64,000 nucleotides of DNA. Origin: Treponemataceae bacterium (lineage in GTDB: Bacteria; Spirochaetota; Spirochaetia; Treponematales; Rectinemataceae). Position numbers and translations under genes: made by a program. The stretch is from contig CAXXHO010000003.1 in NCBI GenBank assembly GCA_963667725.2, forward strand, positions 2,080,001-2,144,000, written 5' to 3'. Below are positions 29,255 to 38,907 of this stretch, one piece after another. The notes beneath the pieces are model-generated. The model did not search any database and was not told where the DNA came from. It saw nothing but the letters and a program-made list of their open reading frames with translations. The stretch's first letter is position 1. Every line of letters starts with the position of its first letter.

Positions 29255-30637
29255 CTATCTCCAGAGCGCCCGTATGGAGGCCTTGAGCGAATCGGCCTGA
29301 GCCCATTCCGGCTTGGCTCCCGCCTTTCTCGAAGGCGCCGTCTCGCCTTCCTCCCTGTCCCCGTACTTTGCTTCCAATGGACCCAGCACAGCCGTGAAGC
29401 CGAGAGCCTTGGCCGCCCTGGCCCTCTTGGCCATCTGCCGGACTGGCCGGACCTCGCCCGCGAGCGAGAGCTCGCCAGCGAGCGCCGATTCCTTGGGAAG
29501 AGGCTGGCCTGTCCTGGCCGAATAAAGAGCAGCGGCAAGCGCGAGATCTATGCCCGGCTCGGCCAGGCGCACGCCTCCGGCCACATTGATATAGATATCC
29601 TGATCCGAAAGCCGCAGGCCAGTCTGCTTTTCTATGACGGCGGCGATGCGCGCCACTCTTGAGGCGTCGATCCTGTCGGAATATACCCTGGTGATGCCGG
29701 CCTTAGCGGGCACGGTGAGGGCCTGTATCTCCACCAGGAGAACGCGCGAGCCTTCGTGGACAATCGCGACGGCTACGCCCGGAGGCAGCTCCCCTGCTCG
29801 CTGGATGAGCAGAATGCCCGACGGATCGGCAAGTTCATCGAGCCCCTTGTAGCCCATCCTGTACAGCCCCAGCTCATCAGTCGAACCGAAGCGGTTTTTC
29901 GATGCCCGGAGCGCCCGCAGGTCACCTTCGGCCTGTTCGAAGGTGAGTACGGCGTCCACGATATGTTCCGCTGCCTTGGGTCCCGCTATGAGCCCATCTT
30001 TTGTCATATGGGCGACGAATATTATGATGGAGTCGTGTGTCTTGGCCCATTCGGTCATTTCCTGGGTGCAGTATTTTATCTGGTTGGCGGTGCCGGGCAC
30101 GGCGCCGGCGTCGGCCGAATATACGGTCTGTATGGAATCAATCACGGTGAGGACTGGGTGCACGGCTTCAAGCACCGTCATTATCCTATCCAGATCGGAA
30201 GCGCAGAACACTTCCAGGTTGTCCTTGAGAGCTCCCACGCGATCCGCCCGCAGGCGAACCTGGGCCGGGGATTCTTCGCCCGAGACATAGAGCACTCTGC
30301 CCTTGGACTGCAGCTTGGCGCATACCTGCAAAAGTAGCGTACTCTTGCCTATTCCCGGCTCCCCGCCCAGGAGGATGGCCGAGCCTCTCATGAATCCTCC
30401 GCCGAGAACCCTGTCGAGCTCTACGCTGCCTGAGAGGATTCTCGTGCCCGACGCGGGGTCGATGGCCATGATAGGCAACGAATAGGATTCGCCCTTGATC
30501 TCGGCCTTCATCGAGCCGGCGGTCACGCTCTGCTCTTTGAGCGTATTCCACTGACCGCATTCCGGGCAGCGTCCCAGCCACTTGGGCTCCGTATGCCCGC
30601 AGTTCGAACAGCGGTGCACCGTGGTTTGCTTCTTCAT
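29255..30637 (-). CDS. radA: DNA repair protein RadA/Sms
   Basis: CSNCG..WLGRCPECGQW zinc finger, GGEPGIGKSTLL, KNRFG. Confidence 0.97.
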   Translation of the reverse strand: MKKQTTVHRCSNCGHTEPKWLGRCPECGQWNTLKEQSVTAGSMKAEIKGESYSLPIMAIDPASGTRILSGSVELDRVLGGGFMRGSAILLGGEPGIGKSTLLLQVCAKLQSKGRVLYVSGEESPAQVRLRADRVGALKDNLEVFCASDLDRIMTVLEAVHPVLTVIDSIQTVYSADAGAVPGTANQIKYCTQEMTEWAKTHDSIIIFVAHMTKDGLIAGPKAAEHIVDAVLTFEQAEGDLRALRASKNRFGSTDELGLYRMGYKGLDELADPSGILLIQRAGELPPGVAVAIVHEGSRVLLVEIQALTVPAKAGITRVYSDRIDASRVARIAAVIEKQTGLRLSDQDIYINVAGGVRLAEPGIDLALAAALYSARTGQPLPKESALAGELSLAGEVRPVRQMAKRARAAKALGFTAVLGPLEAKYGDREEGETAPSRKAGAKPEWAQADSLKASIRALWR

Positions 30638-30889
30638 ATCCATTCATCGTATCCGAGGAGGGGTCTTGCTTCAATAGCGGAATCCCGATAGCCCTTTCGC
30701 CGCCGATTTCCGCGGCGCGACAGTTCGGGATATTCCATGCGGCAAGCAGGCAACGTTCAACGACGCAAGGATCATTATATCAATCGCATAACTTTAACAC
30801 GAGGACGACAGCGTCTCGATTCGCGGAAAGATTAGACCGAAAAACATCGTAAATTCGGAGACGAACGGGAAATCATCGCATTTATTCTC

Positions 30890-30917
30890 TTGTCTTTTTT
30901 CAATAAAGCATTATGCT
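30890..30917 (+). promoter_or_regulatory. Sigma70-type promoter of the H1-like gene
   Basis: TTGTCT-N16-TATGCT in an AT-rich tract. Confidence 0.5.
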
Positions 30918-30936
30918 ATATATATGGAGGACTATC

Positions 30937-31335
30937 GTGGATAAAAAAGCACTGGCGTCTCTGAAAAAATTATCGAAGAATGGGCACGCTCTGGTTGAGA
31001 TCATGGCAAAATACTTGATCATCCTGGATGAGTCTATCGCCGAAGAAGCCACGGGAAAGCCTGCCAAAGCGGCCGCGGTGAAAAAGGCTCCGGTCGCGAA
31101 GAAGGTGGCCGCCAAAGCTTCGGCAGCCAAGATAGCGGCGGTCAAGAAACCGGTTGCCAAGAAAGCGATCGCGAAGAAACCCGCCGTAAAAGCCAATGAA
31201 AAAGCGGCTGCGAAGCCGACGGCGCCCAAGGTCAAAGCGCCAATTTCAAAACCAGTCGTAAAAGTCGAGGGAGCCGCAGCGCCGGCCCAGGTAAAAAGCG
31301 TTAAGCGCGGACGCCCGGCCAAGGCGAAGAAATAA
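30937..31335 (+). CDS. Lys/Ala/Pro-rich histone-H1-like protein with C-terminal AT-hook
   Basis: GGAGG SD then GTG; KKAPVAKK/KKPVAKK/KKPAVK repeats; ends KRGRPAKAKK. Confidence 0.8.
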   Translation: MDKKALASLKKLSKNGHALVEIMAKYLIILDESIAEEATGKPAKAAAVKKAPVAKKVAAKASAAKIAAVKKPVAKKAIAKKPAVKANEKAAAKPTAPKVKAPISKPVVKVEGAAAPAQVKSVKRGRPAKAKK

Positions 31336-31349
31336 TTCACCGCGACGCT

Positions 31350-33116
31350 TCACAGGCGGCCGTTGATCATCCGCATTTTCGTTTCATTTACTTTTGATTG
31401 ACGGTCCGCCGTGAGAAGGCCATTGGTTTCGCCGCCCACATCGTAAAGCTGCGTAAGGCAGTAGCCGCAGAAAAGTCCTGATTCCACCGCATCGCGAGTA
31501 TAGCGCTCAATTTTTTCTTCTATCGATCCGTCTTCCTTGATTTGATACCAGCCAAATCCGCCGTATTCGCTTAAAAACCATGGAGACTTTTTTCTTTCCG
31601 CTTTTTTTTCGGCCTCGCTATTCAGGAACAGCGTCCTGGTCGTCGTGGCCACTCCGTTTCTCAGATAAAAAATCAACACCCTGCGCAGAGAAAAATCGCT
31701 CATTGTCTTCGGATCGCGCGCGGACATCTTTGCGTAGGCGTTAACAGCGAGATCGGCTTTTCCGAGATAATGGTGAAAATCCACGATGTCGCTGTCGAAA
31801 TGTTCCCATCCGGAATTTTCGATCACCGGCCGCTGCGGATCGAGCGACCTGGTTATGGCGACCATTTTCTCCATGAATCGCCTGGTCGCGGAACCGCGGC
31901 GGTACATTCCCCATACACCCCAGGTTTCGTTGAAAAGCACCCAGGAAATCGCCGAAGGATGCATGGAATCTCTTTCGATTATTTCGCGGAACTCGCTCTC
32001 GTATACCGCAAAAGCCTTGCGCGAAGGCCAATAGAAAGAGGGCATCTCGAAGGTAGTCAAAAGCCCCAGCTTGTCGCAAAGATAATGGAATCGCGGACTC
32101 TCTATTTTTTCGTGGATGCGCGCGCCATTGAAGCCCATGTTTTTCAGGGCAAGAATATCATCCACGAAAGCATCGACGGTTTTGGGGCTGTAGCCGCCTC
32201 CGGGGTAGTACCCCTGAACGAGAGCCATGCGAAGGAATACCGATTCGCCATTGAGGAATAGGCCGTTGTCGCGCGCTTCAATGCGCCTCAAACCGAAATA
32301 GCTTTCAACGACATCCATCTCGCGCTGGCCCGACAAAAGTCGGTACGTTATGCGATACAGCTGGGGCTTTTCAGGCGACCAGGGGAATTCGCCTGTTTCA
32401 TCGAAGGAAAGTCCGCACAGGAACGAACCGTCGCCTTCGAGGCCGGCTTCCCTGACAAGGCGCGCGCCGTCGGGCGTCTCTATCTCGACGGAGAGCCTCG
32501 CCGCGCCGTCAGCCGGATTCACATTGGCCAATACCGAAAAGCGGCGCGCGCCGAAATCCGCCCTCACCCGGGCGCTTACAAGCCCGATGGGTCCCGTGCG
32601 CTCGAGCCAAACCGATTGCCAGATGCCGGCATAACCGGAATACCACACGAAAAAAGGCTTGCGCAGGAAGGTCTGCTTGCCTCTTGCCTGTCCGGGATTA
32701 CGCGAGTCGCGCACGATTATTTCGAGCCTGTTCTCGCCGGGTTTCGCCGCGGCTGTTATCTCAAAACGGAAAGAGGCATAGCCGCCGATGTGATGGCCTA
32801 TGCCTATCCCGTTCACGATTACTTCGGTTTCATAATCGGCGGCTCCAACGTTAAGGAAGAGTCTGTCGCCGCCGAAAGCGCCATCCAGGCTGAAGCTTCT
32901 GGAATAGGCGAAAGTCCCCGATTCCGGAAAATCGACGCCTGAGGCATCGCTGCCCACGGGGAATGGCACGACTATATCAGCCGCCCTGCCCTTGTGCCGA
33001 ATCCGCCAGGTTCCGTCGAGGGAAACCCAGTTCGGTCTGGCCCATGCCGGATTGGGATGATCAGGAACAATATCGATATTCATATCGTAACCGCCGGATT
33101 TATGTATGTCTTCCAT
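31350..33116 (-). CDS. Glycoside hydrolase family 2 protein
   Basis: SLDGTW, GAADYE, GIWQSVWLE, WSPEKPQLY, FGLR, GFNGARIHEK, WVLFNETWG, LSEYGG; alternative start 33083. Confidence 0.9.
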   Translation of the reverse strand: MEDIHKSGGYDMNIDIVPDHPNPAWARPNWVSLDGTWRIRHKGRAADIVVPFPVGSDASGVDFPESGTFAYSRSFSLDGAFGGDRLFLNVGAADYETEVIVNGIGIGHHIGGYASFRFEITAAAKPGENRLEIIVRDSRNPGQARGKQTFLRKPFFVWYSGYAGIWQSVWLERTGPIGLVSARVRADFGARRFSVLANVNPADGAARLSVEIETPDGARLVREAGLEGDGSFLCGLSFDETGEFPWSPEKPQLYRITYRLLSGQREMDVVESYFGLRRIEARDNGLFLNGESVFLRMALVQGYYPGGGYSPKTVDAFVDDILALKNMGFNGARIHEKIESPRFHYLCDKLGLLTTFEMPSFYWPSRKAFAVYESEFREIIERDSMHPSAISWVLFNETWGVWGMYRRGSATRRFMEKMVAITRSLDPQRPVIENSGWEHFDSDIVDFHHYLGKADLAVNAYAKMSARDPKTMSDFSLRRVLIFYLRNGVATTTRTLFLNSEAEKKAERKKSPWFLSEYGGFGWYQIKEDGSIEEKIERYTRDAVESGLFCGYCLTQLYDVGGETNGLLTADRQSKVNETKMRMINGRL

Positions 33117-33127
33117 GAAGTCTGGAA

Positions 33128-34588
33128 TTAATCTTTCATCGAGTCGATGGCCTTCCAGCCATCGATCATCGCTCGGTCGGCGGATTTCTGCCTCGCGTCT
33201 AAATCGGACAACCTGGACTCGAAGGTTTTCAGCGAATTCTCAGCTTCCCGATAGACAAGGCTCATTCCATCGGCAGCGGGACCACCCTCGGTTCGCCTCA
33301 CTTCAACGAAATGCCAAGGTTCGAGAATCGCGTCGATTTCCGCGTCCTGCCAGGGCAAGACCCGCCCTATCCTGTCGTAGAAAGTACTCCGAAGGATTTC
33401 CTTGTTTTGTCCCGATCGGATAAAAGCGGCGCATATGCCGTGAGCGGCGCGAAACCCGATGCCAAATCGCCTGACCATGGCGTCGGCAAGCTCCGTCGTT
33501 GTCACTCCGAACTGGAGCGCTATGGCCCTCGCTCGTTCGGGGTTGGCTTTCATGCCGGCGAAGATCGCTTCCGCGAGATCGATCGCGGAGAGAGCATAGG
33601 AAAATGCCTGCAGCAACTGGGACACGGGCGCGTCGGCCGCTTCGTTGACGTCCTGATACGGCACGTTGCGATACAAATCCTCGATGGTCGCGCAAAGCCC
33701 GATAGTCTGCCCCGCCTGAATGCGCAAATGCTCGATGATGACGGGGTTTCGCTTCTGCGGCATGATCGAGGATATCTGCACCAAGTCGTCGGGAAAATCG
33801 TATAGCCCCACTTCGCACGATGCCTTGTGCGACAGATCGGCCGCGAATCTTCCAAGATCCAGCATGAGGGCATGCAGCGCCTGGGCAGGTTTCGTCAGCC
33901 AATGGGAGGTGGCGATCGCCTGGTAACTGTTGGACACGAATCCCCGCGTTCCCAGCAGTTCGGCCACTCTCCCCCTGTCGACGGGAAAGCCCGTGCCGGT
34001 TATGGCGCAGGCGCCGAGCGTCGATCTGTCCACGTCCGAGAGCGCCATGAAAAGATCTTCGCCATCAGCGAGCAAGTCGAGGAGAAGGGCCGAAAGGTAA
34101 TGAGCTGTCGTGGAAGGATTGGCCGGTTGGCCGTGCGTATACAGGACAGTCAATTCCTTTTCGCCCAGACGGCAGCGCCGCAGGAGACGCTCGCAGCCTG
34201 CCGTAAAAGTGCGGAGGAATTCGATCATTACGCGTTTGAGTGCGAGGCGGAACACCGTGGTATCCATGTCATTGCGGCTGCGCGCTGTATGGAGCCACGC
34301 GGCATTTTCCTCGCCGGCGACATCGCCCAACTCTTTTTCGAAAAGGAAATAGAGGTCCTCGACGCCTTCGGGTATGCGATCGGGAGCGACAAATCCGGCT
34401 TCCGCTTTTTCGATACCGATTTTCAGGGACTTCGCCACTTCCGGCGCGATGATCTTCGTTTCGGCCAGCATGCATAGGTGCGCGCGATGCACGCGCAGCG
34501 AATCCTCCTGATAGAAGTCTTTCCAGTTTGCGAAGGCAGGGTTCAGGACTCTGTCGACATAGACCTTGGCGAAAGCGCCGCCGCTCAT
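33128..34588 (-). CDS. Argininosuccinate-lyase-like C-N lyase (fumarase/aspartase superfamily)
   Basis: LHTARSRND, YTHGQPA, SSIMPQKRNP signature; context differs from biosynthetic argH. Confidence 0.85.
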   Translation of the reverse strand: MSGGAFAKVYVDRVLNPAFANWKDFYQEDSLRVHRAHLCMLAETKIIAPEVAKSLKIGIEKAEAGFVAPDRIPEGVEDLYFLFEKELGDVAGEENAAWLHTARSRNDMDTTVFRLALKRVMIEFLRTFTAGCERLLRRCRLGEKELTVLYTHGQPANPSTTAHYLSALLLDLLADGEDLFMALSDVDRSTLGACAITGTGFPVDRGRVAELLGTRGFVSNSYQAIATSHWLTKPAQALHALMLDLGRFAADLSHKASCEVGLYDFPDDLVQISSIMPQKRNPVIIEHLRIQAGQTIGLCATIEDLYRNVPYQDVNEAADAPVSQLLQAFSYALSAIDLAEAIFAGMKANPERARAIALQFGVTTTELADAMVRRFGIGFRAAHGICAAFIRSGQNKEILRSTFYDRIGRVLPWQDAEIDAILEPWHFVEVRRTEGGPAADGMSLVYREAENSLKTFESRLSDLDARQKSADRAMIDGWKAIDSMKD

Positions 34589-35583
34589 AGTGAAGCCCCT
34601 CCGAATCCGAGAAGCGCGGCGGCATTCCGGAAGAGAACCTGATCGCGCTCGTCTTCGGAATAACCGACATCAGCCATCGCCCTTACCTGCACGTCCAGGT
34701 AGGCCTGCGCGAATCCTCGGGGAAACCAGGACGAGTCCGTCCCGAAAATTATGCGCGATGCGCCAATCGTCTCTCGATACTTTCTGAAAAGGCTTTCAAG
34801 TGTCACCTCGTACGGCATCCAGCGCATCCATTGATTGGATCCGGAAGTGTCGATGTACACATTGGGGCAAGCCCAGCAGAGGTTGAGCGTCTCGAAGACA
34901 TAACCGCAGCCGAAATGCGGCACTATTATCGGGATTCGCGGAAAGCGCTTGGCCACATCGTGGATTGAGAGCGGATTTATATTCATGTGCGAGGCGATGC
35001 CGCCCGCCCCTCCCATTATGCCGAAATGGAAAAGGATCGGGATGCCCAACGACTGCGCGCAGTCCCAGAGCGGATCGAAAGAAGGATCCGATAGCGACTT
35101 GTCCACTTTCGGCGCGAGGATCTTGTAACCTTTGAGACCGTCTTTCCTGACGGCGTTTTCGAGTCTCTCGGGCGCGTCGGGAAGCAGGGGATCGTGATGA
35201 GCGTAGGCGATGAAATGATCGGGGTGCCTGCCGACGAGTTCGGAAGCGAAGCTGTTGCTTCCCGCGGTGACGAACACCACCGCTTTCAGATAATCATATT
35301 TTTCAGTCTCCGAGACCCAGAGCCGCTCACCTTCTTCTCGGCTTACTTTCCGCGAAGCCGAGAAGCGCCAGGCCGCTTCCCACCGAGCCTTCTCCGAATC
35401 CAGCCAAGCCTCGGCCTTGCCGGGCGCCGAAAGCGACGCGTCCACGGCCTCTCCCGCAGCCTTCCCCGCGGCTGACGCCGATCGGCCTGATGTATAACCG
35501 GTGCCGACGGATTCTCCTCCAGCCTTGCCGTCATCTATAATCTTGTCTTCGGGAAAATGAATATGCGAATCGATCACGCGCAT
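34585..35583 (-). CDS. Amidohydrolase_2 family metal-dependent hydrolase
   Basis: IDSHIH, ILFHFG, IVPHFG, NVYIDTSG, IFGTD. Confidence 0.9.
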   Translation of the reverse strand: MRVIDSHIHFPEDKIIDDGKAGGESVGTGYTSGRSASAAGKAAGEAVDASLSAPGKAEAWLDSEKARWEAAWRFSASRKVSREEGERLWVSETEKYDYLKAVVFVTAGSNSFASELVGRHPDHFIAYAHHDPLLPDAPERLENAVRKDGLKGYKILAPKVDKSLSDPSFDPLWDCAQSLGIPILFHFGIMGGAGGIASHMNINPLSIHDVAKRFPRIPIIVPHFGCGYVFETLNLCWACPNVYIDTSGSNQWMRWMPYEVTLESLFRKYRETIGASRIIFGTDSSWFPRGFAQAYLDVQVRAMADVGYSEDERDQVLFRNAAALLGFGGASL

Positions 35584-35628
35584 GAATTACCATCCTTGAA
35601 TGAATCGGGATTGGCCCCAGCCCCAATC

Positions 35629-36477
35629 TCAGCCCTTGAGGCCGGTCATCGCAATGCCTTTCACGATCTGTTTCTGGAAAATCAGGAAAATGATGACGAG
35701 CGGTAGCATCGCCACTGTCGCTCCCGTCATGATGTAATGCCAATCGCTGCCCGCCTCGCCTGAAAAATTGGCGAGACCCACCGGCAAGGTGAACATTTTA
35801 GGCCTGGATGCGGCGATGAGAGGCCAGAGGAATGAATTCCAGTTGCCGATGAAATTGAATATCGCCAGCGTAGCCAAGGCCGGACTGACCAGGGGTATGA
35901 CGACGGTGAGGAATATACGTAGTTCGCCTTGCCCGTCCACGCGAGCCGCGTCGATCAGGTCGTCGGGAATCGTCGACATGAACTGCCGCATCAGGTAAAC
36001 GCCGAATGCGCTGATCATGCCGGGAAACATTATCGCCCAATATGTGTTGCCCCATTTCATCGCGCGCGACATGGCATACCAGGGAATGACGAGCATTTCG
36101 GTGGGTATCATCAGCGTGCTTATTATCAGGAGAAATATGATCTTCTTGCCCGGAAAGCGGAATTTGGAGAGCGTATAACCTAGAAGGGAATCGAAAAAAA
36201 GGACGGAAATGGTCGTCGAAACGGCGACGATGGCCGAATTCAAAAACCAGCGCGGAAACTTGGAACCTTCGGAAAACAAGATGTATTTATAGTTTTCCAG
36301 CGTAGGGGCCGAAGGAAACAGTTTCATCTGGAATATTTGCGTGACGTCCTTGAAGCTCGACATGAGCATCCAGAGAAAGGGGAATATCATGACGATCGCG
36401 AAGAAGACAAGAATGAGATAAGCGGAAGCGATGCCTGCGTTCCGTCGCAGGAATATTCTGTTTTTCATGACCGCCAT
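35629..36477 (-). CDS. Carbohydrate ABC transporter permease (MalG-type)
   Basis: PFLWMLMSSFK, IPDDLIDAARVDG EAA loop, WNSFLWPL. Confidence 0.95.
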   Translation of the reverse strand: MAVMKNRIFLRRNAGIASAYLILVFFAIVMIFPFLWMLMSSFKDVTQIFQMKLFPSAPTLENYKYILFSEGSKFPRWFLNSAIVAVSTTISVLFFDSLLGYTLSKFRFPGKKIIFLLIISTLMIPTEMLVIPWYAMSRAMKWGNTYWAIMFPGMISAFGVYLMRQFMSTIPDDLIDAARVDGQGELRIFLTVVIPLVSPALATLAIFNFIGNWNSFLWPLIAASRPKMFTLPVGLANFSGEAGSDWHYIMTGATVAMLPLVIIFLIFQKQIVKGIAMTGLKG

Positions 36478-36478
36478 C

Positions 36479-37366
36479 TTAGTAGTTAACCTTGCGGTCA
36501 AGGAATTTCATCTGAAAAAGCGTGACCGCCATGATGATCGCGAACAGGATTATGCTCGCGCTTCCCGCCTGCGCCATTTCGAAATTGGTGAAGGCTTTCT
36601 GATAAATATAGAGCGCCGCGGATTTCGTTGAATCCAAGGGTCCGCCCATGGCCTGCATGGACATGTTGTAAACCTGCGTGAAGATGCGCAGGAACTGGAT
36701 GCCTTCCATCACGATGAGAAAGAAGGTGATGGGCGCCAATAGAGGAATGGTAACCTTGAAGAGGACTTGATGGGCCTTGGCTCCGTCGATCCTGGCGGCT
36801 TCGTTCAACTCTTTAGGAATGGTCTGGAGGCCGGCCAGGAATATCGTGGAACAATAGCCGAGTTCTACCCAGACGTTGACGCCCAATATCGAGGGCAGGG
36901 CCTGCGTCGTGCTGTTCAGGAACTCTCCGGCGGGAATTCCTACGGCCACGAGCATCGCGTTGATGACGCCAAGCGGGGGAGCCTGGTACATCCAGCGCCA
37001 AACCCAGCTGACCGCCACCACCGGCGTGATATACGGAAGCACATAGATGAGGCGGAACAGCCCCTTGCCTTTCGGAATGAGATCCAGGAGAAGAGCTACG
37101 CAAAGACTCAGGACTATGACGATCGGCGCCCCAAAAATCGCATAACGCAAGGTATTGCCCAACGCTTTTTGGAATACGGGATCGGCGATGACCGTCCGGT
37201 AATTTTCAATGCCGATGAATTTGATCACCTTGCGCAGCAAGCCCCAATCCGTGAAGCTCATCGCCATCATATAGAGCATGGGGCCAAAACGGACGCATAT
37301 GAAGAAGACCAAAGGAATGGCGAGGAATGAGTAAGCCGTAACGGATCTGCGGGTAGCCAATGTCAT
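36479..37366 (-). CDS. Carbohydrate ABC transporter permease (MalF-type)
   Basis: FIGIENY, LAGLQTIPKELNEAARIDGA, VTIPLLAP. Confidence 0.95.
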   Translation of the reverse strand: MTLATRRSVTAYSFLAIPLVFFICVRFGPMLYMMAMSFTDWGLLRKVIKFIGIENYRTVIADPVFQKALGNTLRYAIFGAPIVIVLSLCVALLLDLIPKGKGLFRLIYVLPYITPVVAVSWVWRWMYQAPPLGVINAMLVAVGIPAGEFLNSTTQALPSILGVNVWVELGYCSTIFLAGLQTIPKELNEAARIDGAKAHQVLFKVTIPLLAPITFFLIVMEGIQFLRIFTQVYNMSMQAMGGPLDSTKSAALYIYQKAFTNFEMAQAGSASIILFAIIMAVTLFQMKFLDRKVNY

Positions 37367-37431
37367 CTAAAATTCCCCTTCGCCGATGCGCTGTCTGTCC
37401 GAATTTAAGCGGCGCCCCCTGAGCAATCCGC

Positions 37432-37466
37432 GTACGCGGCAGGAAGCCGAGTACGCGGCAGGAAGC
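37432..37466. repeat. 16-bp direct repeat, two copies
   Basis: GTACGCGGCAGGAAGC at 37432-37447 and 37451-37466. Confidence 0.85.
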
Positions 37467-37467
37467 G

Positions 37468-38715
37468 TCATTTCCAGAATTCGTCGATAAGTTTCTGCTC
37501 TTTCGCGGCGGCGTTTTTCAATGCCTGGAGGGGATCCACTTTCTTGAGGATCACCTCATCCACGGCGTCGACCATGACGTTGCGCTGGCCGGCTTCGTCG
37601 ATAAAGAGGCTCGCTTTCGCCGAAGCCAATCCATTGAGGAAAGGAAGAATGACGGGATCATTCTTGAATTTCTCAGACAGAGATGGCGTGGCGGGAAGCT
37701 CGCCTACGCGCTGAAGCCAGAGCTCCTGCACTTCGGGGGAGGTGATGTACTTGAGGAATTTTATGGAAGCGTCCAACTTCTTCCCCTTGACACCGTCTAC
37801 GATGCCATGCGTCCAGTACGAAGCATAATTGGATTTTATCCCCTTGTTGCTGGGCAGTTCCGCGACACCCCACTCGAGATCCTTGACGGCGTTGAGGGTG
37901 GCGATGCGGAACGAACCGTCGATATTCATCGCGGCCTTGCCGGCCTTGAATGCGGTTACGTCGTCGGTGGCGAAGTTCGGATAGCCGACTTTATCCTTCG
38001 TGATGAGGTCGGTGTACCACTTCAGCGCTTCGGCGCCCTTGGCGTCCGCGTAGGTTACCTTTCGGTAATCGCTGCTGTAGGGCACGTTTCCGAACTGGCG
38101 GGTAAGCACTTCGCGAATCCAGGAATGTCCCTGCCCGGTAGGCTGCATCGCGAGACCGGCCTGTATCAGGTTGCCCTGGTTGTCGTACTTGGAGAGCTTC
38201 CTGGCGTAGGCGGCCAGCTCGTCGAGGGTTTTAGGCGCCGCATTGGGATTCAATCCGGCTTCCTTGAACAATTTCTTGTTCCAGATTAGGGCCAGCGTGC
38301 GTACCGCCGTCGGGGCGGAGTAGTACTTGCCGCCGAAATCCACGGACTCGGCCACGAAGGGATAGTAGGTTTTATCGAAATAAGCCTTGTTGAAATCGGT
38401 TTTCGGCAGCTCCTGCAGATAGCCGGCCTTTACGTACATGGGCAGCCATCCATAAAAGAGCGTGATCACATCCGGACCTTCGCCCGCGGGGATGGAGGCG
38501 GCGACCTTCTGGTTGAAAGATTCATAGGGGAACGTTACCTGTTCAACCTTAATCCCTGGGTTGGCTTTTTCGAAGTTCTTGATGAGTTCGTCGACAAGCT
38601 TGACTTTCGACTCGTAGAAATACTGCCAATACGTGATGGTGACGGTTTCCGCGCCGATTCCGGCTACGGCCGCCAGCAGGGCGATGAGCAGGATCGCTGA
38701 TCTGATTCGCTTCAT
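37468..38715 (-). CDS. Carbohydrate ABC transporter extracellular solute-binding protein
   Basis: Signal peptide, FEKANPGIKVE, GEGPDV, WNKKLFKEAG, FKAGKAAM; AAGGAGG SD. Confidence 0.93.
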   Translation of the reverse strand: MKRIRSAILLIALLAAVAGIGAETVTITYWQYFYESKVKLVDELIKNFEKANPGIKVEQVTFPYESFNQKVAASIPAGEGPDVITLFYGWLPMYVKAGYLQELPKTDFNKAYFDKTYYPFVAESVDFGGKYYSAPTAVRTLALIWNKKLFKEAGLNPNAAPKTLDELAAYARKLSKYDNQGNLIQAGLAMQPTGQGHSWIREVLTRQFGNVPYSSDYRKVTYADAKGAEALKWYTDLITKDKVGYPNFATDDVTAFKAGKAAMNIDGSFRIATLNAVKDLEWGVAELPSNKGIKSNYASYWTHGIVDGVKGKKLDASIKFLKYITSPEVQELWLQRVGELPATPSLSEKFKNDPVILPFLNGLASAKASLFIDEAGQRNVMVDAVDEVILKKVDPLQALKNAAAKEQKLIDEFWK

Positions 38716-38787
38716 ATTTCCTCCTTGAACAAAACGCTCGATCTAGGCAAACCGGAATCTCCAGCCTGCCGGATTGAGCCAGGGCTG

Positions 38788-38816
38788 ATTATAGTGCAGG
38801 CATTCCCCATAAGCAA
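38788..38816 (-). promoter_or_regulatory. Sigma70-type promoter of the ABC/lyase/GH2 cluster
   Basis: TTGCTT-N17-TATAAT. Confidence 0.7.
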
Positions 38817-38907
38817 GTTTACGCGCATGAATGCGCGCGGTGACGATATCTCGCGTGGAGGCCTGCTCCCATTGCCCATGGTGGCGCCCGCGCTGTATTT
38901 TAACGGC

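Noticed and set aside
30670..30740. Irregular long hairpin between radA and the H1-like gene
   Set aside because: No match to an ncRNA family I can recognise; GC-rich chance pairing is plausible
38746..38775. GGCAAACC resembling a c-di-GMP-I riboswitch
   Set aside because: Wrong strand for the adjacent ABC gene and no GACGCAAA or second stem
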